DNA of 63,396 nucleotides, the filler included. It is 10 parts of 10 records of this genome, joined end to end, with 100 filler letters (N's around TTAATTAATTAA, not from the genome) between each part and the next. Parts side by side here need not be neighbours in the genome. Positions count along the whole stretch, not along the records: positions 21,425 to 26,437 come from SRR11831585_1065; positions 26,538 to 33,743 come from SRR11831585_1066; positions 33,844 to 36,800 come from SRR11831585_1069; 7 more parts are not named here. One strand, 5' to 3'. A model generated the notes under the pieces. The model searched no databases. It saw only the letters and a list, made by a program, of their open reading frames with translations, and was not told where the DNA came from. Shown piece by piece: positions 23,745-33,863 of this stretch. The position numbers and the translations under genes are program-made. Numbering within the stretch: position 1 is the stretch's first letter; each line of letters opens with the position of its first letter.

Positions 23745-23762
23745 TCTCCTTCATTTAGTAAG

Positions 23763-23791
23763 AAAAAGGCCGCTAAGCGGCCTTAATTTTT
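23763..23791. terminator. Bidirectional intrinsic terminator between the TIR gene and pifA
   Basis: AAAAAGGCCGC-TAA-GCGGCCTTAATTTTT hairpin with A and T tails on either side. Confidence 0.8.
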
Positions 23792-23793
23792 GG

Positions 23794-26019
23794 TCAGTCG
23801 TCATTTTCCAGCGCTGTTTTGAGCGCTTCCTGCTCCGGAGTCAGCTCGTTGCCGGACAGCATAACCTTCAACTTCTCTTCGACTGCTGGCCAGTCATCAA
23901 AGAACGGACTGACCTGGTCACGCGCAATCCGGCGATATGCCCCTCGGTGGGAGCTGAAGACACTGGTCTGTAATCGTATCAACAGGTTAACAAGGCCTTC
24001 ATCAGTGGTAGTAACTTCTCTGACCCATTGCTTCACGGTTTCACCTGAACTCATGTCTCTCCAGGCGTAGAGATACCCGAGAAGAGACTTGCGCAGGAGA
24101 AGCTGTTGCTGAAGTTCTGGTTGATTCATACGTTCCGCAAACCTGTCACGCAACCGTTCCGTAATATCGCGACTGAAAAGAGCGTCTGAAGGCGAAGGTA
24201 CTGCATTCTGAGCAAGTCCATGTTCCCAGATAAGATCCCGCATAAAATCGGCTATCCAGAACGGCGAAGCACCCGTAACGATCAGTTTTTCCATAAGCGT
24301 GATCGTTCTGGTCTCATCAATATCCTGCATATGCTTCAGCAGATGCCGTACAACCTCATTAATGGCCATTTCACGCAGGGAAAACCATGGGTTACGGATA
24401 CTGAAGCGAGTGCTCACCTCATCGGTGTGATCGAAGAAAAAATGAACCAGTCCTGCGCACTCTTCGAAATTACGTTCTCTTATCAGGCCTGGAGTCAGTC
24501 TGCTCAGTATATGTTCAAACCAGGTTCCGGACAGACTGCCCACACTGTTGATTTTTGAGAGCAGCAATTCAGAAAGCTGCTGCTGTTTTTCCGATACGCC
24601 AGCCTGTTCAAAAAGCTGTCTGAAGAATTCAGGTGGCAGAACATTCTGTGGTGAGGAGAAGGCAAAATAATATCGCCAGTGCGTCAGGCTGCTGAGTCGT
24701 TTACCGGTCGTCTGGATATGACGAAAATCCTCACTGACGGGCTCAAAAAGATTCAGATATTCATCATTATGTCCACTGATACCTGGGATCCAGTCTGCAA
24801 GTGTCAGAAACGAGTCTGCATTTGATGCCCTGAACGTCTTCATACATCTGATAAGCCCCTCCCGGAAGTCTGCTTTCTCTCCGTCAGAAAGCATACCCTG
24901 ACCGGTTTCAATCACGGACCGTTCTGTCAGGTAATGCTCTGTCCAGTCATACAGAGCCGGGTTTGTCACCCGTATAAGCTGAAGCAGGCACAAATCAGGG
25001 AAATAAACAAAATCCCGCATCCCCGGATAAAGAAAAATCAGGGAATTAATGGCCTGATGGATTTCCCGTGGCGTCGAAAGTGCGGCACCATAGGTATCAG
25101 TCACCGCGATGAGATCCCTTACCATTCCAGAGTCTGGCGGTTGATTATTAATTTGCTGATATAGAGCCTCAGCCCGCTGGCGAAATTCATTACGTAAATC
25201 AAAGGCTTCAGGTCGGGGTAATTTAAAACTAAGCTGAATGATTTTCTGGAGATAACGGCTGCCATCTTCGATATTCAGCGCATGTTCAACGGCATGAGTG
25301 ATAATCTGCCTGTCATAACAGAGAATATGGGTAAAGCGGGGCAGATCGGCTACTGCACGCACAAGCCTGAACACTTCCGCCACCTGGGATGGCTCCAGTC
25401 GGTCCAGATCATCCATGACAACAATGAACTTCAGATCCAGACTCACCAGTTGTCCTGCAATTTCAGCCCGAAGCTTTGTCGTGGTTTTCTGATCAACAGC
25501 CAGACGGCTGTCTGAAAATACCTTTATTCCGCCTGCTATCCAGTTAATAATGCTGGAAAACTGTCCGATATATTGAACCAGTGGAAGGACGCGCGATGAA
25601 GTATCCTGAGCATACTCAATCACTTTTTGAGCTTCCGGTGACAACAGATATTTACGCCAGAGCTTTTTGAAGCCCTTCGGGGGATAGCGTATTTCCATTT
25701 CCTGCTGGATAACCGTGGCAACCGGAAGAAAGAGCGCTTCAACCGGACTGCCGCCACTCAGCCAGGGAGAAATATGCAGCACATGTGTGTGAGCATCTTT
25801 TTTCAGGGCAAGGTTTCTCAGGATCAGATTAAGGAGGCTTGTTTTACCCGATCCCCATGCACCTTCTATTCCGACAACATTTGAAGCCTCCAGAGGAAGA
25901 GTAAGGATGGAACGGGATATATTTTCTGCGATATTACCGAAACCGTATCGATCCTCAGGTACATCTTCAACTGCCGCATCAAGCCCTTTCTGGTTCCACA
26001 GCTGCCTCAGTATCTTCAT
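23794..26019 (-). CDS. pifA: PifA phage T7 exclusion protein (KAP-family P-loop NTPase)
   Basis: 741 aa; Walker A GAWGSGKT, Walker B VVMDDLDRL, KAP motif YLQKIIQ; recognised F-plasmid N-terminus. Confidence 0.93.
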   Translation of the reverse strand: MKILRQLWNQKGLDAAVEDVPEDRYGFGNIAENISRSILTLPLEASNVVGIEGAWGSGKTSLLNLILRNLALKKDAHTHVLHISPWLSGGSPVEALFLPVATVIQQEMEIRYPPKGFKKLWRKYLLSPEAQKVIEYAQDTSSRVLPLVQYIGQFSSIINWIAGGIKVFSDSRLAVDQKTTTKLRAEIAGQLVSLDLKFIVVMDDLDRLEPSQVAEVFRLVRAVADLPRFTHILCYDRQIITHAVEHALNIEDGSRYLQKIIQLSFKLPRPEAFDLRNEFRQRAEALYQQINNQPPDSGMVRDLIAVTDTYGAALSTPREIHQAINSLIFLYPGMRDFVYFPDLCLLQLIRVTNPALYDWTEHYLTERSVIETGQGMLSDGEKADFREGLIRCMKTFRASNADSFLTLADWIPGISGHNDEYLNLFEPVSEDFRHIQTTGKRLSSLTHWRYYFAFSSPQNVLPPEFFRQLFEQAGVSEKQQQLSELLLSKINSVGSLSGTWFEHILSRLTPGLIRERNFEECAGLVHFFFDHTDEVSTRFSIRNPWFSLREMAINEVVRHLLKHMQDIDETRTITLMEKLIVTGASPFWIADFMRDLIWEHGLAQNAVPSPSDALFSRDITERLRDRFAERMNQPELQQQLLLRKSLLGYLYAWRDMSSGETVKQWVREVTTTDEGLVNLLIRLQTSVFSSHRGAYRRIARDQVSPFFDDWPAVEEKLKVMLSGNELTPEQEALKTALENDD

Positions 26020-26020
26020 A

Positions 26021-26437
26021 TTACAGATCTCCGTACAGGCAGCGCAGCCCGGTCAGGGCCTCCGCCAGCGGGCCTTCTTGACACCGCGTGGCGAGCTCCC
26101 GGACCAGCGTCTCAAAGGCCTCCGCCGGCATAAAAATCCGCAGGCCGTCTATCCCGAAGAAGCCCTCCGGCGTGACGTTTCCGGGCGGGAGAACATCACT
26201 CGCTCCCCCTGGTGACCGTGCGTCAGGGCTTCCGGATGCCGGGCATACAGCGTGAACAGGCCCAGCAGTTCGGATAACGCTTCCCAGCCGTACGGCACCA
26301 CGAAGTCCTGGCCGGTGATCAGCAGGTGCAGACGGGGTGTGGTGTACCAGGCCCCCGGGCGTTCTCCGGGGTGCTGGCCGTCAACGCGGATCTCCAGGCG
26401 CAGCGTGCCGGCCTCAATGGTTTCCGTGACGGCAGAA
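26021..26437 (-). CDS. pifC: PifC (RepC) repressor, 3' part; apparent -1 frameshift near 26187-26189
   Basis: Manual translation SAVTETIEAGTLRLEIRVDGQHPGERPGAWY...GERVMFS, then in the shifted frame PPGNVTPEGFF...GLRCLYGDL* ending 1 nt before the pifA ATG. Confidence 0.85.
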
Positions 26438-26537
26438 NNNNNNNNNNNNNNNNNNNNNNNNNNNNNNNNNNNNNNNNNNNNTTAATTAATTAANNNNNNN
26501 NNNNNNNNNNNNNNNNNNNNNNNNNNNNNNNNNNNNN
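26438..26537. other. Artificial contig linker
   Basis: N44-TTAATTAATTAA-N44. Confidence 0.98.
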
Positions 26538-26548
26538 TGAATCTCTAT

Positions 26549-26845
26549 TCAGAACACTTTCTTAAATGGTTTCACTGAAACGTGTTCATAGACTCCTGCC
26601 GCTACGTACGGGTCAGCATCGGCCCAGGCCTGAGCTGCTTCCAGCGATTCAAATTCAGCAATAACGGTTGAGCCAGTAAATCCCGCAGCCCCTGGATCGT
26701 TACTGTCTACCGCTGGCATTGGACCAGCTGTCAACAAACGACCTTCATCGTGCAGTAACTGTAAACGTGCTAAATGTGCCGGACGAACGGAAAGGCGTTT
26801 TTCGAGGCTATCAGCTTTGTCTTGAGCGTAAATAACATACAACAC
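26549..26845 (-). CDS. yciI: YCII-family protein
   Basis: GTG start, MLYVIYAQD...RPAHL...DPY; divergent from tonB. Confidence 0.92.
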
Positions 26846-27000
26846 GGGCACAACTCCTTGTTCGGGAAAGTTGTAAAGTACGTTATTTGAAAGGGCGAAG
26901 ATCTGCAACGGAAAGATGATGTCTTTGTTAAGGCCATGCATAAAGTAAGGGTAATTACGCCAAAAATGACATTTTCACTGATCCTGATCGTCTTGCCTTA

Positions 27001-27024
27001 TTGAATATGATTGCTATTTGCATT
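27001..27024. promoter_or_regulatory. Fur box at the tonB promoter
   Basis: gaatatgattgctatttgc resembles the Fur consensus; lies upstream of tonB. Confidence 0.65.
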
Positions 27025-27068
27025 TAAAATCGAGACCTGGTTTTTCTACTGAAATGATTATGACTTCA

Positions 27069-27788
27069 ATGACCCTTGATTTACCTCGCCGCTTCCCCTG
27101 GCCGACGTTACTTTCGGTCTGCATTCATGGTGCTGTTGTGGCGGGTCTGCTCTATACCTCGGTACATCAGGTTATTGAACTACCTGCGCCTGCGCAGCCG
27201 ATTTCTGTCACGATGGTTACGCCTGCTGATCTCGAACCGCCACAAGCCGTTCAGCCGCCACCGGAGCCGGTGGTAGAGCCAGAACCGGAACCTGAGCCGA
27301 TCCCCGAACCGCCAAAAGAAGCACCGGTGGTCATTGAAAAGCCGAAGCCGAAACCTAAGCCAAAACCGAAGCCGGTGAAAAAGGTACAGGAGCAGCCAAA
27401 ACGCGATGTCAAACCCGTAGAGTCGCGTCCGGCATCACCGTTTGAAAATACGGCACCGGCACGCCTGACATCAAGTACAGCAACGGCTGCAACCAGCAAG
27501 CCGGTTACCAGTGTGGCTTCAGGACCACGCGCATTAAGCCGTAATCAGCCGCAGTATCCGGCACGAGCACAGGCATTGCGCATTGAAGGGCAGGTTAAAG
27601 TTAAATTTGACGTTACGCCGGATGGTCGCGTGGATAACGTACAAATCCTCTCAGCCAAGCCTGCGAACATGTTTGAGCGTGAGGTGAAAAATGCGATGCG
27701 CAGATGGCGTTATGAGCCGGGTAAGCCAGGCAGTGGGATTGTGGTGAATATCCTGTTTAAAATTAACGGCACCACCGAAATTCAGTAA
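27069..27788 (+). CDS. tonB: TonB energy transducer
   Basis: Transmembrane anchor, (EP)n/(KP)n repeats, C-terminal YPARA domain. Confidence 0.97.
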   Translation: MTLDLPRRFPWPTLLSVCIHGAVVAGLLYTSVHQVIELPAPAQPISVTMVTPADLEPPQAVQPPPEPVVEPEPEPEPIPEPPKEAPVVIEKPKPKPKPKPKPVKKVQEQPKRDVKPVESRPASPFENTAPARLTSSTATAATSKPVTSVASGPRALSRNQPQYPARAQALRIEGQVKVKFDVTPDGRVDNVQILSAKPANMFEREVKNAMRRWRYEPGKPGSGIVVNILFKINGTTEIQ

Positions 27789-27794
27789 GCAGAA

Positions 27795-27826
27795 AGTCAA
27801 AAGCCTCCGACCGGAGGCTTTTGACT
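27795..27826. terminator. tonB/yciA bidirectional terminator
   Basis: agtcaaaagcctccg-ac-cggaggcttttgact. Confidence 0.88.
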
Positions 27827-27827
27827 A

Positions 27828-28226
27828 TTACTCAACAGGTAAGGCGCGAGGTTTTCCTTCAGGATCAACCGCGACATACTTAAATAATGCTTCTGTCGCT
27901 TTATAGCGTTGCCCAATTGGTTCAGACGCTACTTTTTTCACCCACACTTCAATATTAATGCTGACCGATGTCGTCCCTTTCTGGACACAGCGTGCATAGC
28001 AGCACACCACATCGCCGACCGCAACCGGCCGTAAGAAAGTCATTCCTTCAACCCGCACAGTCACTACGCGACCGTGGGCAATTTCTTTTGCCAGAATAGC
28101 GCCGCCAATATCCATTTGTGACATTAACCAACCACCAAAGATGTCACCATTGGCATTGGTATCGGCGGGCATGGCTAAAGTACGTAAAACAAGATCGCCC
28201 TGAGGGACGTTATGTGTTGTAGACAT
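27828..28226 (-). CDS. yciA: Acyl-CoA thioesterase
   Basis: Hot-dog fold motif NANGDIFGGWLM. Confidence 0.95.
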   Translation of the reverse strand: MSTTHNVPQGDLVLRTLAMPADTNANGDIFGGWLMSQMDIGGAILAKEIAHGRVVTVRVEGMTFLRPVAVGDVVCCYARCVQKGTTSVSINIEVWVKKVASEPIGQRYKATEALFKYVAVDPEGKPRALPVE

Positions 28227-28330
28227 GGTAAAACCGACTTAAAAGGAAAATCACAGGCGCGATGCTACTATGATTTTCCTGAGGAGAACAGAGGAGATAC
28301 AGCGCCAGCCCCGAAGGACTGGCAGTCTGG

Positions 28331-28870
28331 TTAGGATTTATCTTCCTGCGGCATGTGGCGGTAGATATAGATACCGCTTAACAATGTGAAGATTAAGGTA
28401 AGGGCGGTCAGGCCAAAGACTTTAAAGTTGACCCAAATATTTTGCGGCAGCCAGAATGCGATGTAGATGTTTGCCAGACCGCAAAGGATAAAGAAAACAG
28501 CCCAGGCCAGATTCAGCTTCGACCATACCGGTTGCGGCAGCGTGAGTTCTTTACCCAGCATCCGCTGAATTAGCGGCTTTTTCATCACCCATTGGCTGAC
28601 TAACAGGGCTCCCGCAAATAGAGCATAAATGACAGTAACCTTCCATTTAATAAACTCATCATTGTGGAAGAACAGCGTCAAGCCACCGAAGACGACCACC
28701 AGAACAAAAGTGATCAGGGCCATCTTCTCAACCTTACGAAAGCGAACCCAGCTATAGATAAGCACAATCGCCGTGGCGACGATCAGCGCCGCAGTAGCCG
28801 CATAGATGTCATAAATCTTGTAAAACGCGAAAAAGACAACCAGCGGTAAAAAATCAAGAAACTGCTTCAT
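28331..28870 (-). CDS. yciB: Inner membrane protein YciB
   Basis: 179 aa; FIKWK and WVNFKVFG motifs. Confidence 0.94.
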   Translation of the reverse strand: MKQFLDFLPLVVFFAFYKIYDIYAATAALIVATAIVLIYSWVRFRKVEKMALITFVLVVVFGGLTLFFHNDEFIKWKVTVIYALFAGALLVSQWVMKKPLIQRMLGKELTLPQPVWSKLNLAWAVFFILCGLANIYIAFWLPQNIWVNFKVFGLTALTLIFTLLSGIYIYRHMPQEDKS

Positions 28871-28899
28871 TTTACGATTCCGTAATCAAATGCTTAAGG

Positions 28900-29643
28900 T
28901 TATTGGCGAATCAACATATACAGGCGGAACAGATAGATGAGCAATATGGCTGAAATCAGGTTGCTCAAGGTGTTCGCCAGTACGGCACCAATTTCCGGGG
29001 TTAATGCGGCAAAAGAAGAGGCAAAAAGCAGCAACAGTGTTTTTGCCAGCAACCAGCTCAGTACTGCGGGTGCCACCAGACGCATATTCGCCCAAGTCAG
29101 CCGCATACTGCTACGCATCGAGGCAAAAACGCCCATTTTGTCCTGTACCAACATCACCGGTGCCAGGGCCAGTAAAATGGCCATGATAATTCCCGGAACG
29201 ACCACCAGCATGATGCCAATCTGTACTAAAAGGGTAGTCAGAAAAATCAGAATAAATAACTTTGGCAATATCGGCGCACTGGCACCAATAGCTCGCAGCG
29301 CACTGACTCTCTGACCCGCAGACACCAGCTGGATAATTAATATTACGCCTCCGGCGAGAATGGCGTTACCGATTAATCCTGAAAAAGTGGACGCCGCTGA
29401 AGCCTGCAGCAAAATTTGTTGCTGTTCCGGTGACATATTCTGAACCAGGTCGAACAACCCACTACTGCCGCTAACGGGCACGCCGTCATTGAGCTGCGCA
29501 AGCTGTGCATCACTGGGTGAGAAAACATGCCCTAACACCACTGTGATAAACGCACATAGCAACGATACCAACAGAATGGTCATAAATTGATTACGGAAGA
29601 AATTTCCGGTGTCACGGTATACGGACTGCGCCGTGATAGACAT
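28900..29643 (-). CDS. yciC: UPF0259 membrane protein
   Basis: 247-aa hydrophobic ORF; synteny. Confidence 0.93.
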
Positions 29644-29999
29644 GCACTCTCCTTGAGTTTTATGCAGGTGTTAATTAGCGGGCAATTGTACCCTGGTTAA
29701 GCCTCGGGTGGCAGCATCAGGTCTTGTATGGAAAAGCATATCTTTGTAAAGCGGAGGTAATTGCTGGCCTTCAGGCATGGGCAAATCGCGGCAAGTGGCG
29801 ACCGAGTTAATATTTGCGTAGCGAAAATATTTAAAAATTGATTTAAATCACATTAACCAGGATTCTCAATGCAACTTCTAAATTAATCCAGATCAATAAA
29901 GGGTGAATTATCATATGTAATGTGATCTATGTAGGATCATTTGTTACTCCAATGTAGGTATATTCGTCACGTTTTTATAACCATAACGACGGAGCGGAT

Positions 30000-30638
30000 A
30001 TGAAAAAGTTAACAGTGGCGGCTTTGGCAGTAACAACTCTTCTCTCTGGCAGTGCCTTTGCGCATGAAGCAGGCGAATTTTTTATGCGTGCAGGTTCTGC
30101 AACCGTACGTCCAACAGAAGGTGCTGGTGGTACGTTAGGAAGTCTGGGTGGATTCAGCGTGACCAATAACACGCAACTGGGCCTTACGTTTACTTATATG
30201 GCGACCGACAACATTGGTGTGGAATTACTGGCAGCGACGCCGTTCCGCCATAAAATCGGCACCCGGGCGACCGGCGATATTGCAACCGTTCATCATCTGC
30301 CACCAACACTGATGGCGCAGTGGTATTTTGGTGATGCCAGCAGCAAATTCCGTCCTTACGTTGGGGCAGGTATTAACTACACCACCTTCTTTGATAATGG
30401 ATTTAACGATCATGGCAAAGAGGCAGGGCTTTCCGATCTCAGTCTGAAAGATTCCTGGGGAGCTGCCGGGCAGGTGGGGGTTGATTATCTGATTAACCGT
30501 GACTGGTTGGTTAACATGTCAGTGTGGTACATGGATATCGATACCACCGCCAATTATAAGCTGGGCGGTGCACAGCAACACGATAGCGTACGCCTCGATC
30601 CGTGGGTGTTTATGTTCTCAGCAGGATATCGTTTTTAA
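30000..30638 (+). CDS. ompW: Outer membrane protein W
   Basis: Signal peptide, LPPTL motif, C-terminal GYRF. Confidence 0.97.
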   Translation: MKKLTVAALAVTTLLSGSAFAHEAGEFFMRAGSATVRPTEGAGGTLGSLGGFSVTNNTQLGLTFTYMATDNIGVELLAATPFRHKIGTRATGDIATVHHLPPTLMAQWYFGDASSKFRPYVGAGINYTTFFDNGFNDHGKEAGLSDLSLKDSWGAAGQVGVDYLINRDWLVNMSVWYMDIDTTANYKLGGAQQHDSVRLDPWVFMFSAGYRF

Positions 30639-30697
30639 TTCCGCACAAAAACGACCCCGTAATATACGGGGTCAATAAGGACATGGTATAAAGGGTA

Positions 30698-31204
30698 TTA
30701 TTTCTTCGCTTCTACGCCATCAGTTTCAGAGCGAATTAAAAATTTCTCAGTTGTTTGCGGAATATTCTGAATCAGCCAGTCGGCCATTTGCTTTTCCTCA
30801 TTTAAAATCGCTTCGATGGTTGGAATTGAAGCTGTATCACCGGCATTTTTTGCTGCTGCTAATAGTGAGGTGTAACAGGCGATTTCAAATTGCTCGAAGA
30901 CATATCCGCTAATAGAGCCTTTGACTATTTCATCAGAAGGGAATATACCACCGATTGACTGCCCAAGCGCAGCCATTTTACTCATGGAATCTTTAATGAC
31001 TGAACGTGAAATGTCATTACGATCAAGAATAGTTTCCAGTTGAACAATCTGGTTTTTGGTTTCACTAAGATGTTGTTCAATACGAGCGCGTAGTTCAGGA
31101 TAATTATCTATACGGCTGGCCATGGATTCAAGCATAGATTCGGCTTGCTTTTCCATTGCGTGGGCGTCACGTAACCAGTCATGATAATGTTCAATACGAT
31201 TCAT
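30698..31204 (-). CDS. yciE: Ferritin-like DUF892 protein
   Basis: LRDAHAMEKQA motif; yciGFE synteny. Confidence 0.94.
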   Translation of the reverse strand: MNRIEHYHDWLRDAHAMEKQAESMLESMASRIDNYPELRARIEQHLSETKNQIVQLETILDRNDISRSVIKDSMSKMAALGQSIGGIFPSDEIVKGSISGYVFEQFEIACYTSLLAAAKNAGDTASIPTIEAILNEEKQMADWLIQNIPQTTEKFLIRSETDGVEAKK

Positions 31205-31249
31205 GAAAATGTCCTCTTTATAAAATGACTAAAAGTTAAAATTCATATT

Positions 31250-31750
31250 TCAGGCTTTATTTTCGGCTTTCTTATTTACGTTATTAATGGCCAGATCAGT
31301 CAGTTTGATGTCGGTGGCCTTTTCTTCTTCCAGGGTTTCTTTCAGAAGCTTCGCTGCTTTACGGTAACCTAATTGTTCAGCCAGCGTCGCTAATGTCCCG
31401 TAACTGGCAATCTCATAATGCTCGACTTTCTGTGCTGCGGCAATCAGTGCGGCATCACGCACTTCGTTTTTCTCGGTACTTTCGATGACCTCATTAGCTT
31501 CTTCAATAAGACCTTCCATTGCCACACATTTCATGCGCTTAATTTTCAGGTTCGATTCGGACTCCACAACTTGATCAATACGTTCAATCTGTCCATGAGT
31601 TTCCTCGAGGTGCGCATGAAAAGCCTGACTTAATTTTTCATTTGATGTTGCTCTTGCGAGTTTTGCCAGTGCCCGGGTTAATTGTTTTTCTGCGCTGTAG
31701 GTATCTGAAAGCAGGTGAATAAATACATCTTCAATGGTCTTCATATTCAT
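31250..31750 (-). CDS. yciF: Ferritin-like DUF892 protein
   Basis: AQKVEHYEIASYG motif. Confidence 0.94.
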   Translation of the reverse strand: MNMKTIEDVFIHLLSDTYSAEKQLTRALAKLARATSNEKLSQAFHAHLEETHGQIERIDQVVESESNLKIKRMKCVAMEGLIEEANEVIESTEKNEVRDAALIAAAQKVEHYEIASYGTLATLAEQLGYRKAAKLLKETLEEEKATDIKLTDLAINNVNKKAENKA

Positions 31751-31835
31751 ATTTTTCTCCAGTGAAATCACTGCGAGCCATACGGCCCGCAGATGCAATT
31801 ATCTTTATCAGCTGATATTAATAATTAACGGTGAA

Positions 31836-32015
31836 TCAGGATTTGCCTGATTTATTACCACCGCTTTGTTGACCGCCTTTTTTACCCGCTTCAGATGCGC
31901 GTTGCGGATCATTTTTAAAATTACCGCCGCTATGCTGACCGCCTTTACGGCCTGCGTCGGATGCCTTCTCACGGTCTTCGGCGAAATTTCCTGAACCACC
32001 ACGATGTTCGGCCAT
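31836..32015 (-). CDS. yciG: KGG-repeat stress protein
   Basis: MAEHRGGSGNFAEDREKASDAGRKGG. Confidence 0.94.
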   Translation of the reverse strand: MAEHRGGSGNFAEDREKASDAGRKGGQHSGGNFKNDPQRASEAGKKGGQQSGGNKSGKS

Positions 32016-32362
32016 GTTATTTCTCCCGTTGCGTTGCATTGTTTCATTAATATGAGTGTTGTGTGTCGACACTCATTAAAATTAGTCGCTAATGAGAATT
32101 AGTCAAATTAAGCGCAACGAGAAGATAGAGGGAAAATATATTTTGAGGAACATTCTGGATATATTAACAATTACCTGAGGAATAAGTGACTTAGAGAAAA
32201 TTATTGATTTTACTGGTGTTATGTTGCGGGATTAATTTGTTTGATTATATTACTGTTGGGCGGAAAAATGACGTAAGTTGACGTTCGACCGGGGTAAGCG
32301 AAACGGTAAAAAGATAAATATTAAATGAATTTAGGATTTTTCCGGCTTCATTAAAGAAAGTT

Positions 32363-32390
32363 AAAATGCCGCCAGCGGAACTGGCGGCTG
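32363..32390 (-). terminator. trp t terminator
   Basis: GCCGCCAG-TTCCG-CTGGCGGC-ATTTT on the minus strand after trpA. Confidence 0.85.
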
Positions 32391-32395
32391 TGGGA

Positions 32396-33202
32396 TTAAC
32401 TGCGCGTCGCCGCTTTCATCGGTTGTACAAAAACTTTCAGTGCCGCCAGCATTTTCTCTGGCTCATTAATATGTTGCTCGATGATTTTAACAATGGCCGA
32501 ACCAGAAATCGCGCCCGCAGCTCCTGCATCAATCGCTGCTTTTACCTGATCCGGGGCGGAAATACCAAATCCCTGCAATGGAGGTGCAGCGTTGTACTCT
32601 TTCAGCTTCGCAACCAGATGATTGAGGGGTAACGCGGCGCGGTTTTCTGCGCCGGTCACGCCTGCTCGTGACAGCAAATAGGTGTAACCACGACCGTAAG
32701 AGGCTATCTGGCGCAGCAGGTCGTCATCGGCATTTGGCGGGCAGATGAAGATAGGTGCGACATTATGACGCAACGCGGCCTGGCGGAAGGGCGCGGACTC
32801 TTCAACTGGCACATCGGCAACCAGCACCGAATCGACGCCGACTTTTTCGCACTGGGCATAAAACTCATCAATGCCTTTGTTAAACACCAGATTGGCATAC
32901 ATCAACAGGCCAATGGGAATGGTCGGGTGTTTCTGGCGAATCAGTGCCAGCATTTCAAAACATTGTGCCGGAGTCACACCTGCCGCAAAGGCGCGCAGAG
33001 TGGCGTTTTGAATCGTCGGGCCATCCGCCAGTGGGTCGGAGAAGGGGATACCTAACTCCAGCGCGTCAGCACCGGCTTCAATTAGCGTATCGATAATTTT
33101 CAATGACTGCTCAATGCCCGGATCACCGAGCGTGACGAAAGGAACGAATGCGCCTTCTTTGCGCTCCTTCAACTGGGCAAACAGAGATTCGTAGCGTTCC
33201 AT
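32396..33202 (-). CDS. trpA: Tryptophan synthase alpha subunit
   Basis: 268 aa; [13 protein letters not shown] motif. Confidence 0.98.
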
Positions 33203-33743
33203 CAGATTTCCCCTCGTGCTTTCAAAATATCGTGAACGGTGAAGATGTCTTTATCGCCGCGACCGGAAAGGTTAACCACCAGTAGCTGCTCTTTATCCGG
33301 GTTTTCGCGCATCATTTTCAACGCATGGGCCAGGGCGTGGGAGGATTCCAGCGCCGGGATGATCCCTTCGTGCAGGCACAGCGTTTTGAAGGCTTCAAGG
33401 GCTTCATCATCGGTAATAGACACGTAATCAGCGCGTCCAGTGCTGTTAAGATACGCGTGTTGTGGGCCGACAGACGGGAAATCCAGTCCGGCGGAGATGG
33501 AGTAAGATTCTTCAATCTGCCCGTCTTCGGTTTGCATCATCGGCGCTTTCATACCGAAATAGATACCCACGCGACCATGTTTTAGCGGTGCGCCGTGCTC
33601 GCCAGTTTCGATACCGTGACCACCTGGCTCCACACCAATCAGGCCGACGTTGGTTTCATTGATGAAATCAGCAAACATGCCGATGGCATTCGAACCGCCG
33701 CCAACACAGGCGATAACGGCATCCGGCAGGCGACCTTCTCTTT
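33202..33743 (-). CDS. trpB: Tryptophan synthase beta subunit, 3' part
   Basis: [11 protein letters not shown] and NLSGRGDKD motifs; cut by the linker. Confidence 0.96.
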
Positions 33744-33843
33744 NNNNNNNNNNNNNNNNNNNNNNNNNNNNNNNNNNNNNNNNNNNNTTAATTAATTAAN
33801 NNNNNNNNNNNNNNNNNNNNNNNNNNNNNNNNNNNNNNNNNNN
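33744..33843. other. Artificial contig linker
   Basis: N44-TTAATTAATTAA-N44. Confidence 0.98.
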
Positions 33844-33863
33844 ACATCACTGGAGAAAGTCTT

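Larger units (their letters stand above)
21425..26437. mobile_element. F-plasmid (IncF) fragment, pif region
   Basis: Contains pifA and the 3' part of pifC; no chromosomal E. coli genes recognised. Confidence 0.88.

Noticed and set aside
21425-26437. Genomic island inserted between yahG and yciI
   Set aside because: Separate contig; no real junctions, integrase or att sites are visible.
27270-27380. Tandem low-complexity repeats
   Set aside because: Normal (EP)n/(KP)n coding spacer of TonB.
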